From Candidatus Latescibacterota bacterium (GTDB lineage: Bacteria > Latescibacterota > UBA2968), in contig OZ244960.1 of assembly GCA_965222605.1 (NCBI GenBank), positions 864,001 through 928,000 on the forward strand: a stretch of 64,000 bases of DNA, given 5' to 3'. The notes under the pieces are model-generated. The model did not search any database. It saw only the letters and a program-made list of their open reading frames with translations, and had not been told where the DNA came from. This document shows positions 38,076 to 47,498 of the stretch, one piece after another (positions within the stretch are counted from its first letter, which is position 1; each line of letters starts with the position of its first letter). Both the position numbers and the translations under genes were made by a program.

Positions 38076-39665
38076 TCAAAGAATATGTTCTTTGATATAT
38101 TCTTTCAGAGCAGATAAGGTATTTATATCGCCGGGAAGGAGCGGAAGGCCGCCGATGCCATAAGACAGACTGGTATAAAAAGCGTGAGTCTGATACGCGG
38201 GATCTACCTGAGCGGGAAACAGAACAACAGCACTTTTGAGAATGCGTTGAAAATCCGTGTCTGTAACCTGACCGATAGCGTCCCTATAAGCGTGCATTTT
38301 GTCAATATCTTCGCGCATCGGAATCCACGTCCCATTGTAATCTTCGCGGCGATATTTGGCGTCAAATGCATAAATAGCGCGTTCTCCATTCGCTGTGTGA
38401 ATTTCGATAATTATATCGGGCCTCAGATCATGGGTGAGCGCGCGTCCCGATGTAGTGGTATAGGTCATATTGTAGAGACAACGGATGCGGCACTCGCCGC
38501 GCAGAAGATGTATCGCAGAGGATTCGCCCTGCGCGGGAGAAACGCTCAGACCGCGGTTGGTCAGGTGAAAAAGATTATCGTCACCGATCGGAACAAAGCC
38601 GATATCGCACAGTGTGTGAACCAGCGTAAAAAAGACCCAGTATTCGTAAAGTGTGTGTGTATCGCGATAGGACAGATCAAACGGGCCACCCGTACAGGGC
38701 GCGAGCGCGCGATTGAGATCGCGGATAAGCGCGAAAGCCGTCTGGTAACGCACATCGAGATGAACGGGTATCGTGTCATCGCGTCGCGCAGGTGGCAAAG
38801 GGAGCAAACGCAAGCAGCGATCGACGTGTATTTTCAGGCGATGCCCCAGATCGGTATGTGCGATAGGTCTCGCGCGCCGAGACAAACGCTTTAAGTGTGC
38901 AACGAGATGGCGATTGAGCGGCGTGTCAATATCGGGATGGCGATGGGTTTCGCGCAAATGCGTACAGCCAATACCATCCGCTATGGGAAAGTGTGGGAGA
39001 TCGGTCGCGGTATGTGTCCAGAATTGTGGCGAGCGAATCATGTGGGCAATCGCATTGGGATCGCGGCCCTGCGTGCGATCAACCGCGCGAATGCGTTGAA
39101 CGGTTTTGAGACGGCGGTGCGGGCGTTTGAGAATCGCATGCAAAGTGCGGACGAGTTGATTCAGAAGACGGTCCAGCACCTGATGAAAGTCCAAATTGCT
39201 ACCCCTGTCATCTATCAGACGTGTTGTGATACGGGTTTGATCGGGCAAAAGGTAAACGAGTTCACGGCTGACGCGCTCGAGATCGGCACGCATAACTTGA
39301 TAATGGGTCTCGTAGTTGAGGCGCGATGGACGCACATCGAGTTCGGCATAGAGCAGATCGACATTATCTGAGCGAATGCAAAAACGGATATGCCCCGGAT
39401 GATTGCCCGTAGCGAGCCGTCCCCATAGCGCATATCCATCGCGGAGAAAACCGAGCGTCTCGGCGGGTTGATCGTCGATATAGACCGAGAGATTTTTCCC
39501 ATTGAGCGGACGGATGAGGCAGTTGCACTCGGTGGCTTCAACCAGGTGGTCAGAAACCACATTGCCTTGCACGGGAGAGAGCAAAATGCGGGCGTGGTCG
39601 TTTTCTGCGACAAGACCATCGAATGTCTGCGTGAAAGAAGCGCGGATGTGTTGACCTGAGTCCAT
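38076..39665 (-). CDS. DUF2357 + PD-(D/E)xK nuclease (McrC-like)
   Basis: DTPLNR, LYEYWVF, RPDIII, FDAKYR and DIDKMHAYRDAI. Confidence 0.88.
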   Translation of the reverse strand: MDSGQHIRASFTQTFDGLVAENDHARILLSPVQGNVVSDHLVEATECNCLIRPLNGKNLSVYIDDQPAETLGFLRDGYALWGRLATGNHPGHIRFCIRSDNVDLLYAELDVRPSRLNYETHYQVMRADLERVSRELVYLLPDQTRITTRLIDDRGSNLDFHQVLDRLLNQLVRTLHAILKRPHRRLKTVQRIRAVDRTQGRDPNAIAHMIRSPQFWTHTATDLPHFPIADGIGCTHLRETHRHPDIDTPLNRHLVAHLKRLSRRARPIAHTDLGHRLKIHVDRCLRLLPLPPARRDDTIPVHLDVRYQTAFALIRDLNRALAPCTGGPFDLSYRDTHTLYEYWVFFTLVHTLCDIGFVPIGDDNLFHLTNRGLSVSPAQGESSAIHLLRGECRIRCLYNMTYTTTSGRALTHDLRPDIIIEIHTANGERAIYAFDAKYRREDYNGTWIPMREDIDKMHAYRDAIGQVTDTDFQRILKSAVVLFPAQVDPAYQTHAFYTSLSYGIGGLPLLPGDINTLSALKEYIKEHIL

Positions 39666-39735
39666 TGTTCGCGTAGATTTCAGTTTTCAACCATTTTGCG
39701 GAGGTCGCCTTTAAAAAAGAATATAAGGAGGAGTT

Positions 39736-40374
39736 GTGATTCGTGCAATTTTGTGGGACAACGATGGGGTGCTGGTAGATACCGAAGGTCTGTACTTTCA
39801 GGCGGGACATGAGGTATTGGCGACACAAGGTGTTGAACTAACACATAAGGATTTTGCCGAACAGTCGCTAAAAAAAGGACTGAGTGTATTCGATTTTCTG
39901 CCCGTTCAAGATGCTGAATTGATCGAGCAGTTGCGTTTAAAACGCAATGCGCGGTACAGCGCATTATTAGCCAACGGCGTACAGGTCGTGGATGGCGTGG
40001 TAGAAACACTTGAAACATTCTATGGTCGCGTACAAATGGGCATTGTGACGGGTTCTCGCAGAGATCACTTCGACATTGTTCACGCACAGACGAATTTGCT
40101 CCCATTTTTCGATTTTGTGCTCGCAAGAGAAGATTACGAAGAAGCAAAGCCACATCCAGATGCGTATTTAACGGCCATGCGATTACACGGGCTACAACCC
40201 GATGACTGTGTTGTCGTGGAAGATTCTGAGCGCGGATGTATCGCGGCAGCGGCGGCTGGCTTGCGCGTGCTCGCTGTGCCAAATGCGCTGTCGAAATACG
40301 GAGACTTTTCATCTGCGTACAAAATACTGAACTCGGTGCGAGATGTCGTAAATGAGATAGAAAAGTTGGATTGA
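39736..40374 (+). CDS. HAD-family phosphatase
   Basis: WDNDGVLVDTE, KPHPD and VEDSERG. Confidence 0.94.
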   Translation: MIRAILWDNDGVLVDTEGLYFQAGHEVLATQGVELTHKDFAEQSLKKGLSVFDFLPVQDAELIEQLRLKRNARYSALLANGVQVVDGVVETLETFYGRVQMGIVTGSRRDHFDIVHAQTNLLPFFDFVLAREDYEEAKPHPDAYLTAMRLHGLQPDDCVVVEDSERGCIAAAAAGLRVLAVPNALSKYGDFSSAYKILNSVRDVVNEIEKLD

Positions 40375-40412
40375 GTCTATTTTCTATCTCTTAACAAAAT
40401 GAGGTATGTGTA

Positions 40413-42485
40413 ATGAGTGCATTAAAAAACAATCCTTTACTTGTCAAAGAGGGATTGCCTCGGCACGACGAAATTGAGCCAGAACACGTTGTGCCGGGCG
40501 TAAAACATGTGCTAACAGAAGCAGAAAAACAGATTGCGGCATTGGAGCAAAACATGACCCCATCGTGGGATGGGTTGCTCGCCCCGCTCGAAGAACTCGA
40601 CGTACCCTTTTCTTATGCCTGGGGTCCGGTGGGACATTTGCTCAGCGTAAAAAATTCGGATGATTTGCGCGAAGCACACGAGGCCGTTTTGCAAGATGTC
40701 GTGGCATTTGGTCTGCGCGTACAGCAGAGCCGTCCCATTTACGAAGGTCTGGTGGCAATTCGAGATGGCGAGGAATGGGCGAAGCTGGATGAGGCTCAAA
40801 AGCGATGTATCGAGCTAAAAATTCGCGCAGCCGAACACGCCGGAGTGGGATTAGAAGGCGCGGCAAAGGAACGCTTTAATGAAATTGCCAAAGAATTGTC
40901 GCAAATCAGCACAGATTTTTCCAACCATGTGCTGGATGCGACCAAAGCTTATGAACTAATCATTGAGGAAAAAAAAGAAACAGAGGGCTGGCCGAACAGC
41001 TTGCGGCAAGTGGCCGCGCAGTCATACTCCCAGGCCAATGAAGGCAGCGAAGCGACACCGGAAAATGGGCCCTGGCGCATTACACTGGATTTCCCGAGCT
41101 TTTATCCCTTTATGCAACACCATCGCGTACGCGACCACCGAGAGCAAGTGTACAAAGCCTATGTAAAACGCGCATCCTCAGGTGAATGGGACAACAGCGA
41201 GTTAATTGCACGTACCTTACAATTGCGCCAGGAGCAGTCCGCGATCCTGGGTTTTACGACCTATGCAGACAGGAGTCTGGATGCCAAAATGGCCCCCGAT
41301 GTCGCCGCTGTCGAGCGCATGCTCGGCGAATTGCAGGCAGCTTCACAGCCCCATAGCGAAAAGGATTTTGGCGCACTACAAGCATTGGCAAAGGCGAATG
41401 GCCAGGAAGAGCCAGTCATGCATTGGGATACGTCCTTCTGGTCGGAGCGATTGCGCGAGCAAAAATTCGATTATACCGACGACCAGTTGCGCCCTTATTT
41501 TCCACTTCCCAAAGTACTCGATGGCATGTTTGCGTTAGCAGAACGCCTTTTTGATATTGAGATCGCGCGGGCAGACGATGAAGACGCGCACAAATGGCAT
41601 GGCGATGTGCAGTTCTTCAAAGTGCTCCGCGATGGCGAGCGCATAGCGTCGTTTTATCTGGACCCTTATTCTCGTCCAGCAGAAAAACGCGGTGGCGCGT
41701 GGATGAACGACTGTCTGGGACGGCGATGGCTCAATGACGATCTTCGCTTGCCCGTGGTACATCTCGTGTGCAACGGCACGCCTCCTGTGGGTGATACGCC
41801 ATCGCTGATGAGTTTTTCAGAAGTAGAAACCCTGTTCCACGAGTTTGGACACGGTTTGCAGGGCATGTTGACGACCGTCGATTATGCCGATGTGGCGGGA
41901 TTGCATGGCGTGGAATGGGATGCAGTGGAGATTGCCAGCCAGTTTATGGAAAATTGGTGTTACCAAAAACCCACACTGATTGGAATGACCGCGCATGTGG
42001 AAACGGGTGAGCCCTTGCCAGATGATCTATTTGAGAAAATCGTCGCCGCGCGCACATTTCAGGCGGGGTCTTTGATGATGCGCCAGTTGTCCTTCGGAAA
42101 AACGGACATGCTGCTGCATTCTGCCTACGATCCAGATGGCGAAGAAACGGCTTTTGATGTAGAGCGTCGGGTAACCGAAGAAATGTCCGTATTGCCCCCA
42201 CTGCCAGAGAGTCGCTTCTTGTGCTCATTCTCCCATATCTTCGCAGGAGGCTATGCTGCCGGGTACTATAGCTACAAATGGTCAGAGGTGTTGAGCGCGG
42301 ATGCATTCGGCGCGTTTGAAGAAGCCGGACTGGACGAAGAAGAAGCCGTGAAAGCGACTGGACGCAAGTTCCGAGACACAATTCTCGCACTGGGCGGCAG
42401 CAAACACCCAATGGATGTGTACCGAGAATTTCGCGGGCGCGAACCGAACACAGAGGCGTTGCTGCGGCACAATGATCTGTTGTAA
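40413..42485 (+). CDS. prlC: Oligopeptidase A (M3A)
   Basis: KRGGAWM, LFHEFGH, VEWDAVE and FSHIFAGGYAAGYYSYKWSEVL. Confidence 0.95.
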   Translation: MSALKNNPLLVKEGLPRHDEIEPEHVVPGVKHVLTEAEKQIAALEQNMTPSWDGLLAPLEELDVPFSYAWGPVGHLLSVKNSDDLREAHEAVLQDVVAFGLRVQQSRPIYEGLVAIRDGEEWAKLDEAQKRCIELKIRAAEHAGVGLEGAAKERFNEIAKELSQISTDFSNHVLDATKAYELIIEEKKETEGWPNSLRQVAAQSYSQANEGSEATPENGPWRITLDFPSFYPFMQHHRVRDHREQVYKAYVKRASSGEWDNSELIARTLQLRQEQSAILGFTTYADRSLDAKMAPDVAAVERMLGELQAASQPHSEKDFGALQALAKANGQEEPVMHWDTSFWSERLREQKFDYTDDQLRPYFPLPKVLDGMFALAERLFDIEIARADDEDAHKWHGDVQFFKVLRDGERIASFYLDPYSRPAEKRGGAWMNDCLGRRWLNDDLRLPVVHLVCNGTPPVGDTPSLMSFSEVETLFHEFGHGLQGMLTTVDYADVAGLHGVEWDAVEIASQFMENWCYQKPTLIGMTAHVETGEPLPDDLFEKIVAARTFQAGSLMMRQLSFGKTDMLLHSAYDPDGEETAFDVERRVTEEMSVLPPLPESRFLCSFSHIFAGGYAAGYYSYKWSEVLSADAFGAFEEAGLDEEEAVKATGRKFRDTILALGGSKHPMDVYREFRGREPNTEALLRHNDLL

Positions 42486-42493
42486 AGTTAAAA

Positions 42494-43783
42494 ATGAAGG
42501 AAATTATAATGTTGGAGTTCATTTATAATTGGTTACTCAGCCTGGGTATCGATCCAGAGATGGCTAAAAATTGGACAGCGCCTTTGTTAGTGGGGCTGTG
42601 CATTCTGATGCTGAGTGCTATTGCCGATTTTATCGTGAAGCGCATAGCTCTGCGAACGCTGAAGTACGTGATTGAAAAAACGAAAACACCCTGGGACGAT
42701 GCATTTGTGGAGCATCGGGTTCTGGACCGGTTGGCACACCTGGCTCCCGCACTGGTCATCTTCCTTTTGGCCGATTTGCCATTTGCTGAAATGACAGAAG
42801 CAGACCGGGATTATTGCACAGCGATTATTCGGGATGCTGTACAGGTTTTTATCGTGATCATCGGCGTCTGGGTAATCGCGGCATTTCTCAATGCCGCGCT
42901 ATCTGTTTATCAAACATTTGAGATCTCGCGCGAAATTCCCGGCAAGGGTTTTGTGCAGGTCTTAAAAATGCTGACGTATTTTGTAGGCGGCATTTTTATT
43001 TTATCAATTTTGTTGGATCGCAATCCCGTATATTTCCTGAGCGGATTGGGCGCATTGATGGCCGTGCTTTTGCTGGTATTCAAAGATGCGATCCTGGGAC
43101 TGGTCGCGGGCATACAACTGAGTGCGAATAAGATGGTAGCAGTAGGTGATTGGATTGAGATGCCAAAATACGGCGCAGATGGAGATGTCATTGAAGTAGC
43201 ATTGACCACCGTGAAGGTACAAAACTGGGACAAAACAATCACCGCGATCCCAGCGTATTCATTGATCAGCGAATCGTTTAAGAACTGGCGCGGCATGCAA
43301 GAATCGGGTGGCCGTCGGATCAAGCGTTCAATTTTAATAGATATTCAAACGATCAAATTTTGCGACGAAGAGATGTTGACGCGATTCTCAAAAATCAAAT
43401 ACATCGCTGCCTATATCGAACACAAGAAAGACGAACTCGCAAAATTCAACCAGAAGCAAGAGATAGATGCGTCGAGCCTGGTAAATGGGCGGCGCATGAC
43501 CAACGTGGGCACGTTTCGGGCATACATCGTCGCGTATTTGAGAAATCATCCAAAAGTCAATCGTGAAATGACATTTTTGGTGCGACAACTGCCGCCACAG
43601 GAACACGGCTTACCAATAGAAATTTACGTTTTCTGCAGCGATACGGTATGGGCGAATTACGAGGCGATTCAGGCGGATATTTTCGACCACATCCTATCAG
43701 TAGTGCCCGAGTTTGATCTCAGCGTATTTCAGACACCAACAGGGCATGATTTTAAGCATCTCGCTGAAAAAATTGAACCCTGA
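42494..43783 (+). CDS. Mechanosensitive channel MscS family (YbdG/MscM-like)
   Basis: VFKDAILGLVAGIQ, GDWIEMPKYGADGDV and SFKNWRGMQESGGRRIKRS. Confidence 0.93.
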   Translation: MKEIIMLEFIYNWLLSLGIDPEMAKNWTAPLLVGLCILMLSAIADFIVKRIALRTLKYVIEKTKTPWDDAFVEHRVLDRLAHLAPALVIFLLADLPFAEMTEADRDYCTAIIRDAVQVFIVIIGVWVIAAFLNAALSVYQTFEISREIPGKGFVQVLKMLTYFVGGIFILSILLDRNPVYFLSGLGALMAVLLLVFKDAILGLVAGIQLSANKMVAVGDWIEMPKYGADGDVIEVALTTVKVQNWDKTITAIPAYSLISESFKNWRGMQESGGRRIKRSILIDIQTIKFCDEEMLTRFSKIKYIAAYIEHKKDELAKFNQKQEIDASSLVNGRRMTNVGTFRAYIVAYLRNHPKVNREMTFLVRQLPPQEHGLPIEIYVFCSDTVWANYEAIQADIFDHILSVVPEFDLSVFQTPTGHDFKHLAEKIEP

Positions 43784-43794
43784 GGGAGGGCGCT

Positions 43795-44652
43795 GTGTCA
43801 CAATCTAAATATATCACACAGTTAAAAGCTGAGGGATGGTGTCTAATTGATGGCGTGATCCCCGAAGATCGGATTGATTATCTTCGAGAACACGTCATGA
43901 AGGGACACGAAAAAGCCTTATGCGATTACGAGATATCGGGTGGATCGCTTGGGTTTCAAGCAGATGCAAATGGAAATCCGAGCACCAATTTAGTGGCTTA
44001 TGTGCCCGATCTCACACCGTATTTCGGCGATAAGCGCGTGGTAGGTGTCGCAAAAGCCATGCTGGACCCGCATGTGCGCATCGCACAAACAGAATTTAAG
44101 ACGCGACAATCGGGCGATCGAAATATTCATCACCGCGGTTTTCATTCCGATTGGCCGCACGATATTCTGGACCGGGATTGTGCAGGCGCGATTCTCATGC
44201 CATTTCCCAATGTAACAATGGGGCTAACAGCATTGTGGATGTTATCGCCATTTTCCGCTGAAAATGGGGGCACATGGGTCGTGCCGCGCAGTCATTTAGA
44301 TATTCGCAACCCGCGCAGTCATATGGACCCCCGCAATTCTCCCGAAATGCACGATGGCATTGATCCCACTGCGCCAATTCCCGGCGAAATACAACTCCAG
44401 GGACCAGCGGGCAGTGTACTCCTGCTGGACAGCCGAATATGGCATTCGACAGCGAGCAATCCGAGCACCAAACCACGCGTGACAATGCTAACGCGCTATT
44501 CGCCGTGGTGGATCAGTCTGGAATTTGGCGGGCGGAATCGGTCAATCGTGCCGCGAGACGTATTTGAACAATTTCCAGATACAGTAAAAGATTTATACCG
44601 CCATCGGGCCGAAGAGGCGGAAAACCCTATTCGCAAACATTCTGCGCCCTGA
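43795..44652 (+). CDS. PhyH-family dioxygenase
   Basis: FHSDWPH, ENGGTWVVPRSH and DSRIWHSTASN. Confidence 0.92.
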   Translation: MSQSKYITQLKAEGWCLIDGVIPEDRIDYLREHVMKGHEKALCDYEISGGSLGFQADANGNPSTNLVAYVPDLTPYFGDKRVVGVAKAMLDPHVRIAQTEFKTRQSGDRNIHHRGFHSDWPHDILDRDCAGAILMPFPNVTMGLTALWMLSPFSAENGGTWVVPRSHLDIRNPRSHMDPRNSPEMHDGIDPTAPIPGEIQLQGPAGSVLLLDSRIWHSTASNPSTKPRVTMLTRYSPWWISLEFGGRNRSIVPRDVFEQFPDTVKDLYRHRAEEAENPIRKHSAP

Positions 44653-44763
44653 ATGTCGGCAGAAAATCGACTTTATATTTTTTAAGCCCTGCTTGACTAA
44701 GCAGGGCGTTTATTTTTGGATTCTATTCCAGATTTCAGGTTACAATTTCTTACATGACATCCA

Positions 44764-44850
44764 ATATCGCAAAAAAATGGACACTGGGACAAATTTTGAA
44801 CTTCAAGACAAACTTACGAGGTTGACATCTAAGGGTAAATAGGGTTATTC
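44764..44850 (+). promoter_or_regulatory. Duplicated upstream module X, copy 1 (copy 2 at 47529-47613)
   Basis: 36 bp identical (CAAAAAAATGGACACTGGGACAAATTTTGAACTTCA), then TTGACA-N18-TATTC in both copies. Confidence 0.8.
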
Positions 44851-44974
44851 ATTAGTAAGGCCTATTTTTAAGAGCGATATATCGTCTATAAAGACGCGGT
44901 TTTCAAACCGTGCGCAGGACACGCATCCATTGAGATTGCTCTCAACATAACCATTTTTCAAAGGAGTAGCAGAC

Positions 44975-45631
44975 ATGAAACACCTGCGTAAATCTATCGT
45001 TATAAGCGTCATAGCTCTGGTAGCTATGAACTTCCCCATCCCCATTTTCGGTCAGACCACAATCGCCATTCAGGGCGGCATGAGCCGGGCGACATTGGGC
45101 GGAAGTGATGTAGAAAATGCGGACGCGCGCATCGGCATCACGCTCGGTGCTTCTGCAACCATCCCAATACAAGACAAATTCAGCCTTCGACTCGGTGGCA
45201 ACTATGTGCAGAAGGGGGCCAAGTTCGGAGGCAACATCGAGGGTTTTGGTGGGGGATCGGGAAATACTGATGTTGATTACATCGAGCTTTCGGGCCTGGG
45301 CGTCTTCAAGCTCGCGCCGTCTGAAAGTCAGGCTTCAGTATATATGCTCGTTGGACCATCGGTGGCATTCAAGACCAAGTGTGAAGGCTCCTTCTCAGGC
45401 TCCTTCTTCTCAGAGGACATCAACCTATCAGAGGACTGCGGCGAGGACACCAACAGCTTTGACTTCGGTATTACTGGAGGGATTGGTGCAGGGATGGCGA
45501 TCTCCGAACAGATGACGTTCTCGGTAGATTTGCTGTACACCCTGGGGATCCTGTCGCTTGACGATGCAGATGACGTTAAGAATCGGGCCCTTATCATTCG
45601 GGCTGGTGTCGGCTTTCCTATCGGAAAATAG
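44975..45631 (+). CDS. PorT/OmpA-like small outer-membrane beta-barrel
   Basis: Signal peptide; YVQKG, GPSVAF, FDFGITGGIG and YTLG; terminal AGVGFPI. Confidence 0.85.
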   Translation: MKHLRKSIVISVIALVAMNFPIPIFGQTTIAIQGGMSRATLGGSDVENADARIGITLGASATIPIQDKFSLRLGGNYVQKGAKFGGNIEGFGGGSGNTDVDYIELSGLGVFKLAPSESQASVYMLVGPSVAFKTKCEGSFSGSFFSEDINLSEDCGEDTNSFDFGITGGIGAGMAISEQMTFSVDLLYTLGILSLDDADDVKNRALIIRAGVGFPIGK

Positions 45632-45647
45632 TGATAGGCAAAAATTT

Positions 45648-45690
45648 AAAAAAGGCGATCCATTACGCAATGGGATTTGGATCGCCTTTT
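45648..45690 (+). terminator. Terminator after the beta-barrel gene
   Basis: AAAAAGGCGATCCA...TGGATCGCCTTTTT. Confidence 0.85.
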
Positions 45691-46082
45691 TGTATATATC
45701 AATCACTCATGCCTGCCACAATTCACCGTGGACATCGGCACAAGGAAACTTCAAATCGGACACTTTATTGATAAATTCTCGACCCGTAAAAATCATAAAT
45801 TTCTATAATACAATTTATAGAATTGTCACTTTTTTGAAACTTTATAAGGGACAAAGCGTGAGAAACGGAACAGAGGCAGATAGCAAAGTTGGCTGACAAG
45901 CCTTATTTTGCCTTTCCTACCATATCAGCAGCATCAACGTTTTTATTGTATCCTTATCGGGAGGGAATTGCCACGATTAATAGTGTGAACGGTTTTCTTT
46001 AAGCTGTTGACAAACAAATATTTATGCAACTTGGGATTCGGAATCTGTAAGTTATCAAAACAAATCCTTACAAATCCAAATT

Positions 46083-46235
46083 GCAAAACTATTCACACGG
46101 TTGATCATGGCATTTTCTTTCAAATTCTTTTCCTTCGCGCTCGGCTTTACCAGTCTGCTGAGCCGGATATCCTCGCTTTACCTGCGGTCGCTTTACCCCC
46201 AGACCAGCAGCTTTTCCCCTTCTCTGGATCTGGAT
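46083..46235 (+). pseudogene. Degenerate 5' remnant of a paralog of the giant surface protein
   Basis: The leader GCAAAACTA..ACACGGTT.ATCATG and the reading KFFSFALGFTSLLS...RSLYPQTS...PSLD match 56260-56430 (KFLSFILGITSLLS...RSLSPQTS...PSLD). Confidence 0.8.
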
Positions 46236-46683
46236 AGTTCTGAAGGCGATCAAGTAGTATCCTCTCTCGATGTACCTCCCAATCACGCTGTTTTCCTTCA
46301 GATTTTCCGCACAGATATTCCAGGCCTGTACTGCATAGACCTGTCCCGTGATGATTCTACACGGGCCAAGTCCATGCGGTATGCCAGCGGTATTTCTGCG
46401 TGTATTGAATCTGATGTTACACATGTCTCGCGTTTCTGTCGTGCAGAGGGGGCGCAATGAATCACCTGCGCCCGACAGCCATTAGGCTGACAAAGTATCT
46501 TTTATCTGTGCGTTGACAGAAGACGAACTGCTATACTGACGTTGCGCTCCGCTCAGCACGCGCAGCATAACGTCAGTAATGACAGACACCTGATATTGTG
46601 CCTGTGCGTAACGTCAATAACTTCGAGTGTCATCTGATGCGGGCGATGTATTGCCCAATGCCCGGTCCCTTCAGGTCTTATTT

Positions 46684-46735
46684 TTGCAATCATTTGCATA
46701 CTGTTGTACTATGTATAAGGGCATCTGAAGCATTC
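46684..46735 (+). promoter_or_regulatory. Duplicated promoter module Y, copy 1 (copy 2 at 47692-47744)
   Basis: TTGCAA-N17-TACTAT in both copies, with shared TCATTTGCATA and GCATC.GAAGCATTC. Confidence 0.8.
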
Positions 46736-46769
46736 CGTTCACAGCGAAATTCAACAATGTGGGGGATGA

Positions 46770-47498
46770 ATGGATAAGCAGAAAATTCTGATTGTAGATC
46801 ATGAGCCATGTGTAATATCAGCGCTCGTAGAATTCTTGAAAGACGAACCGTATGAAATATTCACTGCGGAAAATGGACTAAAAAGCCTTGAAATTTTGAG
46901 AACAGAGAATATTGACCTCGCTGTGGTTGAGGCACATTTAGAGGATATGGATGGGATAACATTGTTGGAGCATGTGCGGGCAGAGAAAATTCAAACAGCC
47001 ATGCTGATCATGACGAGTTTGGGGTCCGCAGAATTGGGCGAACAACTGATCAAGGCCGGTGCTGTGAGTGTATTTGATAAACCAATAGAGAGAGATGTTT
47101 TTTTAACCAGAGTCAAAAGATACATCTCTCCACAAAATAGTTGGGAGAACCGTCTGGAATCATTTCTCGAAGATAATTACAGCAATCCAGAGCTGAAATT
47201 TGAAGACGTCATGCACTATTTCAATTTCTCTAAGACCTATGGATATGCATTGTTCAAGCAATATTTTGGAGAGTCATTCAGGATTTGCCTGCGCAATTTA
47301 CGCCTGACAAAGGCTGAAGAAGCATTGAAGAACACATCGGATTCCATTTCAGAAATTGCTCAGCGGTGTGGTTTTGCATACTTATCGACGTTTAGCAGAG
47401 TTTTCAAAGCGAAGTATGGAAATAACCCGACCACATATCGAAAATTCCATTTCAGAAATTGCCTATCAGTGTGGATTTATGCCCTCATCGACTTTTAG
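46770..47498 (+). CDS. Atypical response regulator: receiver domain + AraC HTH
   Basis: KILIVDHE...DLAVVEAHLEDMDG...FDKP receiver; RLTKAEEALKNTSDSISEIAQRCGFAYLSTFSRVFK AraC signature. Confidence 0.9.
   Translation: MDKQKILIVDHEPCVISALVEFLKDEPYEIFTAENGLKSLEILRTENIDLAVVEAHLEDMDGITLLEHVRAEKIQTAMLIMTSLGSAELGEQLIKAGAVSVFDKPIERDVFLTRVKRYISPQNSWENRLESFLEDNYSNPELKFEDVMHYFNFSKTYGYALFKQYFGESFRICLRNLRLTKAEEALKNTSDSISEIAQRCGFAYLSTFSRVFKAKYGNNPTTYRKFHFRNCLSVWIYALIDF

Noticed and set aside
39680-40312. 210-aa minus-strand ORF
   Set aside because: Shadow of the HAD phosphatase, which has clear motifs.
44975-45631. Calling the barrel a true T9SS PorT and the locus a T9SS
   Set aside because: Only fold-level resemblance; no other T9SS genes were recognised, and the WD40 protein ends in a dockerin-like motif rather than a T9SS CTD.
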